Assembly: GCF_006345805.1 (NCBI RefSeq)
Contig: NC_043006.1
Location: forward strand, 27,776,001 to 27,840,000
Source of the DNA: Octopus sinensis
Taxonomy: Eukaryota
Reading direction: 5' to 3'
DNA: 64,000 nucleotides
Positions within the stretch are counted from its first letter, which is position 1. Each line of letters starts with the position of its first letter. This document shows positions 12,321 to 24,345 of the stretch, one piece after another. The translations under genes were made by a program, and so were the position numbers. The notes under the pieces are model-generated. The model made no database searches, was not told where the DNA came from, and worked only from the letters and a program-made list of their open reading frames with translations.

Positions 12321-13550
12321 CGAGGGGCGTTCAATAAGTAATACCTCTGACCCACTTGCAGTTGTTTGATCCAGCTGAAATTTTGCATGAGCAATTATTT
12401 TTATCTCTATAAATTAAGTGACAAATTACAACTCTGAACTAATTGGGGTTTCTGATTTACAGGTGTTTGAACTGAGTCAAGTGTGAAATGGAGCCTTTGA
12501 GTGTCGAGCAGTGATCCGGTCTTTGTATTTGAAAGGATGCACGCCACGGAGACTTTTGATGAAATGAAAGTAACTTATGGTGATGATGCCCCATCATATG
12601 ACCTTGTAAAACGCTGGCATCGTGAATTCAAACATGGTCGGAACTCTGTGGAAACAGCTCCCAGATCTGGTCGCCCCTCTTCTGCCATTGATGAGGCATC
12701 TGTCCGTCAAGATTAGTACCGGGTCTGTGGAAACTATCATTCATGACCATTTGCATATGCAAAAGGTGTCTGCCAGATGGATTCCCAGGTTGCTCACACC
12801 TTTCCAGAAGCAAGAACGCGTCGAGTGCTCGAGGATGAATTTGGAGAGGTGCCAAGAAGATGAGTCAACATTTTTCAAAAGACTGATTACACAGGATGAA
12901 ACTTGGGTTCATCACTATGATCCAGAGACCAAAACCCAGTCAATGCAGTGGAAGCACCGTGACTCATCTCCTCCAAAGAAGGCAAGGGTGCAGCCCTCTG
13001 CTAGCAAGGTCATGCTCACAGTCTTCTGGGACCAGGACGGAGTAGTGATGACAGATTTCCTGGCAAAAGGTACCACAATTACAGGAGCCTATTATGCTTC
13101 ACTTTTGAGGAAATTAAGAGAAGCTATCAAAATCAAGAGGCGGGGCAAGATCAGCAAAGGCATCCTCCTCCTGCAGGACAACGCTCCGGTCCACAACTCG
13201 CGTGTCGCCAGATCAGAAACACAGGCGTGCGGCTATGAACTCCTCCCCCATCCCCCCTACTCTCCTGACCTTGCACCCTCTGATTTTCACCTCTTCCCAA
13301 CAATGAAGTTGTTTTTTTAAAGGAAAGCGTTTCCCAGATGATGCAGCCTTGATTTCTGAAGTCACATCGTGGTTGGAGGACCAAGCTGGGGTCTTCTACA
13401 AAAACGGTCTCCAGAGCTGCATCAAACAATGGGAGAAATGCGTAACTCTGGGTAGTTCCTATGTAGAAAAAGACTAATAACTGTACCAAGTTTCGTTGCT
13501 CTACTGCTATGGGAAGTGGGTCAGGGGCATTACTTATTGAACGCCCCTCG
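12321..13550 (+). mobile_element. Mariner transposon with both TIRs (1230 bp)
   Basis: TIR cgaggggcgttcaataagtaat(a/g)cc(t/c)ctgacccactt (~37 bp, 2 mismatches). TA TSD at 12319-12320 and 13551-13552. Confidence 0.96.
12488..13477 (+). pseudogene. Mariner DD34D transposase, frameshifted
   Basis: HTH region (TYGDDAPSYDLVKRWHREFKHGR..APRSGRP), WIPRLL, ITQDETW, LLQDNAPVH, YSPDLAPSDFHLF. Frameshifts near 12500-12550, 12710 (apparent internal deletion) and 13320. Confidence 0.92.
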
Positions 13551-14454
13551 TATCATTGTGAAAATATATCCTGTGTCAATTTTGCATGGCCAGATATTGT
13601 GTCTGAAGAACCTGACAGCTACTGCAATAACAGCTGCTGTTGAAGAAAATTACTTCCTCTCACTCAAAGAAAATTTCCAGAGTATTTGAAATCCCTCATG
13701 TTAGATCCTAACAATCCTTATGGTAATTTCAAAGAAAATAAATCATATAGCTCAGCATTGTTCTTTCATCAATGGGTGCACACTTGGCAGAACCTGGAAG
13801 AGACACATCTTGTATCAGAGTTCATGGGCAAGTGTACCACAGAACATTTCTTATATATCCAGCTGCTGGTCAACAATTTTGGCTCAACTATATGTTACTG
13901 ATTCTGCTGGAACTCATGATACAGGAACAGTGAATAATTCAGATAAATGATTTATTCATGAAATAATGGCAACATTAGACACAATTATACACAAAAATCA
14001 ACATTTATGCAGCAGCCATTGAAACTAATGAACATAAGTGCAAAAAAGGAAGACTTGTGCCTATAATAAATATTGCCTTTAACAGAAACTGCAGTGGAGA
14101 CAGGAGATATAGTTTACCAACAGTGAATGAAATTTATGGTTTTTAGAAATTCAGATGAAAGGCCTCCATTTAATTGGGATTTTGGGGTTTATCCAAAGGA
14201 TGATATGTCACTGATTAATCTAAACATTTTGGGTCTGAATTTAGACCCAATTATATACTTAATTATTTCTTTTCAGTGAACTAGGATGGCAGGATATGCT
14301 CACAGTAGGCCACATACTTGTCTTCACTCATGGCATTCAGAGATGAGTTCAATCCATTTCTTCATGGGGGTGGTGAGAATTCCAGCAATGGGCATTAGAC
14401 TCCTATTTACAGATGAAAGCAAACAACTTGAATTTTATCAGAAACCAACAACAA

Positions 14455-14845
14455 AGATTAAGAGTGGAACTTAACTGATGTTGTATATGGGTGTAGACAG
14501 TTGCATACAGAACTTCTGAGTAGATGGAACTTGTGGAAGAGGTAGACCTGGGAAGTCATAGGACAAAATACTGGAGGTTGATCTCAAAACACTGAGCCTT
14601 ATGTAGGAGATGACTAGGGACCAAAATATCTGGTACATCGCTGTACTCAAGAAGACCCGTCTGCCATAGCACATTAAAACACCCAGTACACTCTATGGAG
14701 TGGTTGGCATTAGGAGGAGCATCCAGCTGTAGAAACCATGCCAGAACAACCAACGGAGCCTGGTGCAGCCCTTGGCCTTAACAGCTCTGGTTAAACCATC
14801 CAACCCATTCCAGCATGGAAAATGGATGTTAAATGATGATGATGT
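14455..14845 (+). mobile_element. RTE LINE 3' end fragment with (GAT)n tail, inserted in the Helitron
   Basis: ORF-end remnant (GTCGRGRPGK) followed by the gtggttggcattagga...aacccattccagcatggaaaatggatgttaaatgatgatgat tail. Confidence 0.7.
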
Positions 14846-15471
14846 TGCAGAAGATACTGGAGTTCAGGCTGGGTGCACACTTGTTCTCCCATCTTCATTC
14901 CAAGGATCCCCTCACAACACAAGAATGCTATCATGCTGCATTGGCTATAGTATATCAACATGGCACACACCTGATATTTTCATTACAATAACATGTAATC
15001 CAAACTAGCAAGAAACTAAGAATAACTTATTTCATGGCCAAACCTATCAGACCAGATCTGCTAGTAAGTTGTTACAAATTGAAACTAAAACAACTTCTGG
15101 ATGTTAATACAAAAAGGTATATTTTCGGTAGAGTTGTAGCTTATTTATACACTAGTGAGTTTCAGAAAAGAGGTTTGCCGCATATCCTTCTCTTAAGAAT
15201 ATGGTATCCAGATAACAGGTTTAAAGACCTGTTGCAAATAGATTGCTGAAACTTGAGCTTTTGCTTCATGATATAAAAACAACACACGATACATAAAGCT
15301 TGTGGTGAAGAAAACCTGAGAATTTTCATAGAGAACAGACACTGTCAAAGAAGTTCCCTAAAGTAGTTCTTTGAGAAACAAAAAAAAAATAGCAATGGTC
15401 ATCCATGTTACAAGTGATGCCAAAGTACAAGTTGGTAATTGTGCTGCTGATAACAGATATGTAAAGAGTGC

Positions 15472-16820
15472 AGCAAATATAACTGTTTACTGTTGTAAAT
15501 ATAAATATCACCAATTATAAACCTTAGGTTAAGCTGTGTTTATATGTGTATATATATATATAAGTAAAAGTCACTGTCTTAATAACCTAGTTGTAAGAAG
15601 TTTAGAGGTGTAGACAGAATGCTAGATGTAATATACAATCGCAGCAGCATTCAGCATGTATGTTGAAGATACCAATATTTCACCAGCAGGTTATAAGACA
15701 GTTTAAATAGGATAAGAAAATGTATTTTTGATAGCAAGGTGAAACTATCTGTGGAAATGAATTTAAAAAGTCATGTTCTGATCATTGACAGAGCGGTTAA
15801 CCGGCTTCCGTGCCAGTGGCACTTAAAGGGCACCATTCAAGCGTGATCGTTACCAGCATCGCCTTACTGGTACTTGTACCCATGATAGTAGGGTGCCAAG
15901 AGCACTATCCGAGTGTGATCGTTGCCAGAGTAGCCAACTGGCTTCCGTGCCAGTGGCACGTAAAAGGGCACCATTCGAGCGTGATCGTTACCAAAGTCGC
16001 CTTACTGGCACCTGTGCTGGTGGCATGTGTAAAAGGATTCGAGCGAGGTCGTTGCCAGTACTGCCTGACTGGCCCCCGTGCCGGTGGCACGTAAAAAGCA
16101 CCCACTACACTCTCAAAGTGGTTGGCGTTAGGAAGGGCATCCAGCTGTAGAAACTCTGCCAAATCAAGATTGGAGCCTGGTGCAACCATCTGGTTCGCCA
16201 GCCCTCAGTTAAAATCGTCCAACCCATGCTAGCATGGAAAGCGGACGTTAAACGATGATGATGATGATGTTTATCTTAGTGTTATTTCGTTTCTTCATAC
16301 TGGGTTGACTGTATTTTCTCATGTTGACAAAGGCTTGAGTATATCTTCATAAAAGTGCATGCAAATATGTCTTTAATGCATTTTCCTTATCATATGGTAA
16401 GAGTTTGTACAGATAATACCAAGAGAAGGACTGGATTTAACACCAATCATTTATTTACAGAAAGTAAAAATATATACAATGAATTTATTATGATATAATA
16501 GTGATAGAAAAAATTGCAGTACATATTATAATGAAGAAAAACATGTTTTAAAAGGAATCTGTCACAATAATGACAACAGGAAAAAGTTTCTAATCTAGTA
16601 CTTCAAAGCTACACTGAAAAGGTTGAGTATAGCATGACATGTCTTGCTATCAAAAACACATTTTCTTATCCTATTTAAACTGTCTTACACCCTGCTGGTG
16701 AAATGTTGGTATCTTCAACATACATGCTGAACACCACTACAATTGTATATTACATCTAGCGTTCTGTCTACACCTCTAAACTTCTCACAACTAGATCATT
16801 AAGACACAGTGACTTTTACT

Positions 16821-16858
<38 letters not shown>

Positions 16859-16929
16859 TATAAACACAACCTAACCTGAGGTTTATAATTGGTGACATTT
16901 ATATTTACAACAGTAAAGTTATATTTGCT
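15472..16929. repeat. Inverted duplication, arms 15472-15738 and 16643-16929
   Basis: Arms are reverse complements (gcaaatataactg...gatagcaag vs cttgctatc...gttatatttgct) with scattered mismatches and a length-variable TA/CA tract. Spacer ~900 bp. Confidence 0.85.
15770..16268 (+). mobile_element. RTE-tail family element with internal tandem subrepeats and (GAT)n end
   Basis: Repeated ~60-120 bp units gtgccagtggcacgtaaaa.gcacc, then cactacactctc..gtggttggcgttaggaagggcatccagctgtagaaac..ccaacccatgctagcatggaaagcggacgttaaacgatgatgatg. Confidence 0.8.
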
Positions 16930-17754
16930 AACTACCATGACAAATCCACAGCAAGTTATAATTGATAACCCGACATCATGCCTGATTCTATGAACTTTAC
17001 TCCATTGGAAAGAAACTTTTCATGTAGATTAGAATCAATGTATGGACAGTAAAATTTACCAACAAAAAAGCATAAGACATTTACAAACAAAAGTCAGCCA
17101 ACACGACTATGATGTCATACTGCTGCTAAAATCTTATAACCACTACAATACCATTAAAGTTGACATGAATGGATGGTAAAATTGTACATGAAGTAACATG
17201 TCATCTTGATAGGAGATATGTGAATGTACCTGAAGTGATGTAGTAGTTACTTGAAAATAAAATTCATGACCATACGCGTTATCATACACCTGCCAGTACA
17301 TTTGCAACAGCAAGAACCTGTCTTTCAGAGAAGGTAATAAGAAGCACTGGGGAGAGCTACCCATCATAACACTCTAACAGCATAGTTTCACCTTAATCAA
17401 CAATATTAAGACATCTGTAATATACTGTTATTTCTTATCACTATGTGTTAGACAAAGAGATGGCAGTTTCGAAATCATGCAAGAAAGAAAACTATTTTAA
17501 GACTTTATTCTGTAAGTCAAAAGGAAGTAGAAAGATTTAATCTGAGATTGTTATTGTTGCATGTTTAAGGAGCTTGCAATTTTGATGATGTAGTTGAGGA
17601 TATACAATGTATATCAAGAAGCTGCAAAGGAACTTCACCTGTATAACTAAGGCAGGTATTTTTAATACCCCTACAGGAATGTACTTTCAGTCTGAAGACA
17701 ATGACAGAACAAATAGACATTGCTGTTCAGAGATCATTACAAGATATAGGTTCA

Positions 17755-17950
17755 ATTCTTTTCTTACCCTTTTACTTGTTTCAGTCATTTTGACTGTGGC
17801 CATGCTGGAACACTGCCTTTAGTCGAACAAATTGACTCCAGGACTTATTCTTTGTAAGCTTAGTACTTATTCTATTGGTCTCAAACTGCTAATATACAGG
17901 GACATAAAAATACCAGCATCAGTTGTCAAGCGATGTTGTAGGGACACACA
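17755..17950 (-). repeat. Interspersed repeat (SINE family 1-associated 3' module)
   Basis: Reverse complement of 35120-35235 (gctccagcatggccgcagtcaaatgactgaaacaagtaaaag). Also seen at 45720-45870 and 47800-47960. Confidence 0.7.
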
Positions 17951-18497
17951 CACATATATATATCTGCTTCTACTTCTCTCTCTTCTCTTCCCACATGACT
18001 ACTGGTCATCCTAGCCTGTTCTTTCTTTCTTGGTCTGACCACCGTCTGTGCATCATCGATATTCTTTCCTGTTTGTGAAATTTTTGTATCTCTGCCGCAA
18101 GGCTTCATTTCCACACGCACCAGCTTAATTCAATACGTCCTTAGTCGAAAGACACCTGTTGTTATGTCCTGTTATTATTTTTATTGTATTTATTTGTGTA
18201 ACTTTGTCCGTTTTTTTTCCGTCCTTGTTTTTGTATACATTCGCTGCTTTCTTCCAAGGAATCTAATGCTCTTAGCTTAGTTTTTCCTTGGGGCTGGCCA
18301 GATTGGAGCAATCTCAAGAATAATCAGCTGAAATTGCGACGATAATCTGGTGCTTGATTGAGGATAGAGGGCTTCGAATGACCCTTGTTTTTTGTATCGT
18401 CTATCTGGATGTTTTGTTGTCACTTTTTGTATTACCTAGCTGTCTGGATGTTTTGTGTTCTTGTCCCATTTTGTATTTTTATATATATATATATATA

Positions 18498-18630
18498 TAC
18501 GATGGGCTTCTTTCAGGTTTTGGTCGGCTCAAGGCTATAGAAGACATTTGCCCAAGGTGCCACACAGTGGGACTGAACCTGGATCCATGTGGTTGGTAAG
18601 CAAACTACTTACCACACAGCCACTCCTGAA
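18498..18630 (-). mobile_element. tRNA-derived SINE, family 1, internally deleted
   Basis: Reverse complement: caggagtggctgtgtggtaagtag...gttcagtcccactgtgtggcaccttgggcaaatg. Confidence 0.8.
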
Positions 18631-19789
18631 CCTATCTTACATGATTTATACTATCAAGACTAACATCTGCCTATTAAACACATGCAAATCATTGGAGAAA
18701 ATATTGAAAATGACAATTCAAGGAGTGTCAAGACCAAAAAGTGTATAACAATGTTAACTTAAAAGCAATGTGAGGTATCTGATGATATTTTAACTGCTAA
18801 TAAATATGATAATGCAGAAAATAAATTTTTCTTTTTGGACAGACCTGGTGGCTCAGCAAAACATGTTGCTACCACACTTTGATAATTTATCTGATAAGCC
18901 TGAACAAAACTACCCTTTCTTATGCCACTACAGGGATAACTGCAGATTTGGTTACTGAAAGAAGACCCATCCATGGTGGATTGAAACTTCTTGTTCCAAT
19001 TGTCGGAAACTCAGCATCACACATGAGAATACCTTCTGATAGCTTCATGAAAATAATAGCTGTTGTTTTAATAATAGTTGGTGAAGCCTTGATGCTTCCC
19101 AGCAATACTTTGTGCAATTGAAATTGATATCCTGTTGTATGAAAGAGAAAACTATAGAAGGTTGTGATTTTTGAGAAACTAAATTTTTATCCTTTTCATA
19201 CACTAAAAACGAATGTTGTTACCACGAGTGAAAAAACATCAAGAGAGTTTTGAATGTTATTGTTCTTGATGTAGTTGTAACAGCAAATAAAGGGTGATTA
19301 GTTGCTTGCAGTGCAACTGACTTCTAATGTCTTTTGTCCTTTGACTGTTCATTGTCTTTATGTTGTCAGCTGCTCTTGAGCCATTTCCTAGTGTCTGTCA
19401 ATGCTCTTTCTGTGTTGCATCCCAAAGCTCTCTGTCAAGTAGTCACAGTGTGTTGAATTTATACTGATGAATCGACTCAGAAGGAAGTTCACTAAAAGAT
19501 GAAATTGCTGGAGCCTATTCAATGTGAAGTCATGATGGGTTATATTTCGTTGATGATGTGGGCAATATTCTAGTGAATTGCAACACCATGTATACACTGT
19601 GATTGTTGAACATTCCTGCTACACTGTTGAAGGAAATTATGCTATCAGACATGCCATTTGGTAGCAAAGTTCTTTTGAATGGAGACTTTCACCAGTCACC
19701 ATCAGTTATATACCTAGATGTTCAAATACTGTAATTTTAAAGACTTGCATAAAAATGTCAAATCTGACAATTTGTTGTCAAACTAAGCC

Positions 19790-20093
19790 TTACAGAAAAC
19801 GTACACCATCCGATCGTGGCAGTTGCCAGCCTCGCCTGGCCCCCGTGCCGGTGGCACATAAAAAGCACCATCCGATTGTGGCCGTTTGCCAGCCTTGTCT
19901 GGCACCTGTGCCGGTGGTACGTAAAAAGCACCCACTACACTCACGGAGTGGTTGATGTTAGGAAGGGCATCCAGCCGTAGAAACATTGCCAGATCAGACT
20001 GGGCCTGGTGCAGCCTTCTGGCTTCCCAGACCCCAGTTGAACCGTCCAACCCATGCTAGCATGGAAAGCGGACGCTAAATGATGATGATGATG
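19790..20093 (+). mobile_element. RTE-tail family element with (GAT)n end
   Basis: Same tandem gtgccggtggcac.taaaaagcacc units and 3' tail as 15770-16268. Confidence 0.8.
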
Positions 20094-21305
20094 AAATACA
20101 AGATTTCTCTTGATGGCTATTGCAGGGTGGTAATGGCACACACCATAATGACTGTGGTTTGAGTGAGATATAGTAAGAGACATATTTGAATAATCTCTTG
20201 ACGTCACAAATGAGGACCACATAATTCTTGCTTCAAAAATTATTTCCACTCTAAAAATAAAAATGTATTTATAAGTAAATAAGTCTATTATTACACTACT
20301 TCCTAGACAAAGGAATATTCCAGGGTGGGCACTATTTCTTTGGAAGATGACATTGCTATTGTTAATTATCCAGTTGAATTTTTGAATTCTGACTCCTTCA
20401 GGAATGCAGCCACATATATAGCTGAAGCTCAAGACTGGATACCTCATCATGTTATTGCATAATGTAAGTCCACAAAGAGAGTCATTGAATGGCACCTATT
20501 TGTTGATAAATGTCCCTGCATAATTTATGTATGTTTATGGAAAGATACTAAGTGGAAGTATGAAAAGAGAGTAACTGCTTATTCCTAGTTACCAAGTAAT
20601 AGAAATATTCCTTGTGTGGTGGACAGAAGACAATTTCCCATAACTTCAGCATTTGCCATGATCAACAAATCATAAGGACAGTCATTTAGTCAAGTTGGTG
20701 TCTACTTACCTTCTTTTGTGTTAGTCATGAGTAGGTTTATGTCGCTTTAACCAGAACAAAAAATACAAACAATCTTAAGAGACTTGTAAATAATGAGGAA
20801 ACAAGGAAATCACAGTTTTACTATGATTATTATGATAAAAGAACTTTTGAAATAATGATAATTACACAAGATATGTACGCATGTAAACACAAGCATACAA
20901 ATAATCTTAGTACAAAATTTACATGCATGTCTTTCAATGTTTTCTAAATAAAAATGTAAAATTTTTGCAAATACAATATTATCATTTAAAATTAATATTA
21001 TATCATTTAGAGAAACAGTAAAAAGCTATCATTTTTGATAGCACAAGCGACAATATACTTTATATACAAGTACGGCCCATTATTTTTAGCAGGAAGATGG
21101 CATTGTCACATTTAAGAAGTATTGGAAATATTTCATTTTTTTAAATAAAAAACACTAAGTCTTTAAATAAGAAATTTATTAATGGCTTCTCCCATTGTTT
21201 CAATGTGCCATTTTCTTTCATTAATAAAACTTAGCATTTTTCATGATGCTAATATATATATATATAGTGGGTGAATGGCCTATTATGGCCGTTCCTTGAT
21301 TGTTG

Positions 21306-21828
<523 letters not shown>

Positions 21829-22689
21829 CTATCAATGGCACATACTAGATGTATGCATTTTGTTTATCTGCTTTGCTATGATATGGTGCCTGGGGGACGA
21901 CTTCCTCATTATGCTGGGTATTAAAACACCTGAAAATCAAAGCCAGACAAGACAAGCATTACTATCATACACATGATGTTATTCATATCCAGTCTTACAT
22001 GAAACATGTTTGGTGAAGGGGAAATATTACCTTACTTGGAAACAGGTGAAGGGTGGTGATAGAAAGTCTGACTCAACAAATTCTAACTGACCTATGCAAG
22101 CATGGTAAAATGAATGTTAGATGATATTCCAAATGATTTTGAATTCATCTTTTTTTTTATTTGTTTTATTTTATCATATCCAACAAATACAAAACAATTG
22201 TATTACTCTTCACTTACCTTTCTAATTTTCACCTATACTTTCTCCACTTACTTCCATACACACATTACATTTATCCCTATCTTTTTTTTACACACAATTT
22301 TCAGTATACTCTCTCCCCTACTTTATTTTCCATTGCTCACTCTTTCTGTGCTTCTAGATATCTCTTCCTCTCTGAATAACATCTTAGGACTGCCAGACCT
22401 CAACACCATCTCATTATATGCTATCACTCTCAACACCCAACTTATCTGTTGTCAACTCCCCACTATATACCTCTGACCTTTATGTCTCATTTCCACCTTA
22501 TTTTCTTATCTATTCCTATATCTTTTCAAACTGAAGCTTATGTATCAATGTTAGCCTTGCATATACACTTCATTTCAAAGCCTTACAATTTTTATAACTT
22601 CAACTATCTCTTTTTTTTTAAAAAAAAAAGGAAAAAAAAATTTCCTTTTTTTTCTCTCTCTGTACTCCTTCCCTATGAATCTATTTAGA

Positions 22690-23075
22690 TTGGCATGGTT
22701 AAAAACTTGCTTCCCAACCACGTGTCTAACATTCAGTCCCACTGTGCAGCACCTTGGGAAAGTGTCTTCTACTATAGCTGTGGGCTGACCATAGCCTTGT
22801 GAATGGATTTGGTAGATAGAAACTGCAAGAAGTTCATTTTATATATGAGTATGTACATGTTTAATACTCCTTGTCTTGACATCTGGTAGTTGTAAATGAC
22901 AGTTACTATCTTAGGAGCAACATGATTCATTTCCAATCTTCTGTGAAATCATGTCTGGCCTTGAGGAAATATCACTTTACTTGGAAGCAAGTTAAGGTTG
23001 GCAACAGGAAGGGCATTTGGTTGTAGAAAGCCTGCCTCAATAAAACTCTGGGAAAATGGGTGTTAAATGATGATT
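22690..23075 (+). mobile_element. SINE family 1 head plus degenerate RTE-like tail
   Basis: ggcatggtt..cttgcttcccaacc..cagtcccactgtgcagcaccttgggaaagtg..ggatttggtagatagaaactg, followed by ggttggcaacaggaagggcat..gttaaatgatgat. Similar tail at 4130-4370 and 21940-22125. Confidence 0.7.
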
Positions 23076-24127
23076 AGTTGTAGACCCACACTTCAAATTT
23101 ATTTAAAATATTTTCACCATTTACAGAATTTTATATTCTTTTCACTAGTTGCTTTCAATAAAAGCAAATGAAGCCTTCTTAATGATATTGCACAAGTGCT
23201 CCAGGAACATTTAGATTTAATAGTGCAGTTAGAAATATTACTTCATATTGCAATAATATTATCTCATCACATTTCTTAGTGGATGTAAAATTTCAAAAAA
23301 CAACATACTCATTGACTGAAATAGGAAACAATCTTTATTATTGTAAAAAATTAATATAATTCAAATTAAAATGGGAGGGGAATTAGATTTTTTGGCTTTT
23401 TAAATAAAGCAAATAGAAACCATAGAAAGAAAGCAAGTATATGTATTTATAATGAAAAAGAAAAGCAATAAAAATTAGAAATAATTAGATAAAAATAAAC
23501 TTGGCAATAGACTATACTTATAGGTGCCTGACTATATATAAGTATAGATGATAGGTTAAGGGAGAATTCTAGACCGATGAAATAGCTTGTACTTTGCTTC
23601 ATTTAAAATAAAAAGAAAATATTATACATCACACTTTTGCATCTAATATATTCAGAATAAATTAATCTGTTGGAAAGACATAAATACAGTAGCAGCAACT
23701 TTAATTTTTCAGCTGCAATACGATTTTAACAAATGGGAACAATTTCAAAATGAAACTTAAATACCATATTAGAAATAACAAAAAATTTGTGTAGGAGTGT
23801 ATGTTTTCAGAAATCTACAACCAATATGTAGCAGGATTGGTATAAATGGAAGACAGACAAATTTGCTCTATCAAGACATTTACAAAAAGTCTATGTTTAT
23901 AGCTAAGGCAAGTTTCAGTCAGAGATATCCTGAACTTAGCATGTACTCTGTTTTTTAAATAACTTAAATAAATTAACATGAAATTGATCTCATTAAAACT
24001 TACCTTTCAGAGATCAGGATATCTTGTAATTACTTGAACGAACTACTAAATTCTGTGAACTGAAAAAGTTTAATAAACTATACAGAAAAAAAGTTTCTTG
24101 TTAACAACTGATGTATATATAATTCTT

Positions 24128-24345
24128 CTTTCTAATTTTAGCATAAGGCCAGAAATTTTGAGGTGAGCTGGGCAAGTCAATTATATTGACCTCAAGATTT
24201 GACTGGTACTTTATTTTATCGACCATGAAAGAATGAAAGGCAAAGTTGGCCTGAAGCAGAATTTGAGCTCAATGTAAAGAGCTGAAAGAAATGCCACAAA
24301 ACATTTTGTTTGTCACATTAACAAATCTGCCAGTTCACCACCTTA
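24128..24345 (-). mobile_element. tRNA-derived SINE, family 2
   Basis: Minus strand has A/B-box-like ggtgaactggcaga...gctcaaattc, then gcctttcattctttc..gtcgataaaataaagtaccagtc. Related copy at 30555-30735. Confidence 0.6.

Larger units (their letters stand above)
12100..20860 (+). mobile_element. Decayed autonomous Helitron (Rep/PIF1-like helicase), heavily interrupted by other repeats
   Basis: Collinear remnants: CQFC..CC zinc motif (~13575), AQLYV.D (~13880), VLPSSFQGSP (~14885), PDIFITITCNPN (~14970), EFQKRGLPH (~15157), FFLDRPGG (~18830), ATTGITA (~18925), PFG.KV..GDF.Q (~19655), EFLNSLTPSG..LKLKTG..IMLL.N (~20375), RRQFP..AFAM.NKS.GQS..GVYL..YVALTR (~20625-20755). Termini not established. 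Confidence 0.85.

Noticed and set aside
15770-16100. Spaced palindromic repeats superficially like a CRISPR array
   Set aside because: Eukaryotic context, spacers are themselves homologous, and the unit belongs to a LINE tail.
21066-21300. Hairpin gaatggcc-tattat-ggccgttc (21273-21294) as Helitron 3' end, or weak TIR pair with 21066-21085
   Set aside because: No CTRR terminus and no clear TSD; cannot be assigned.
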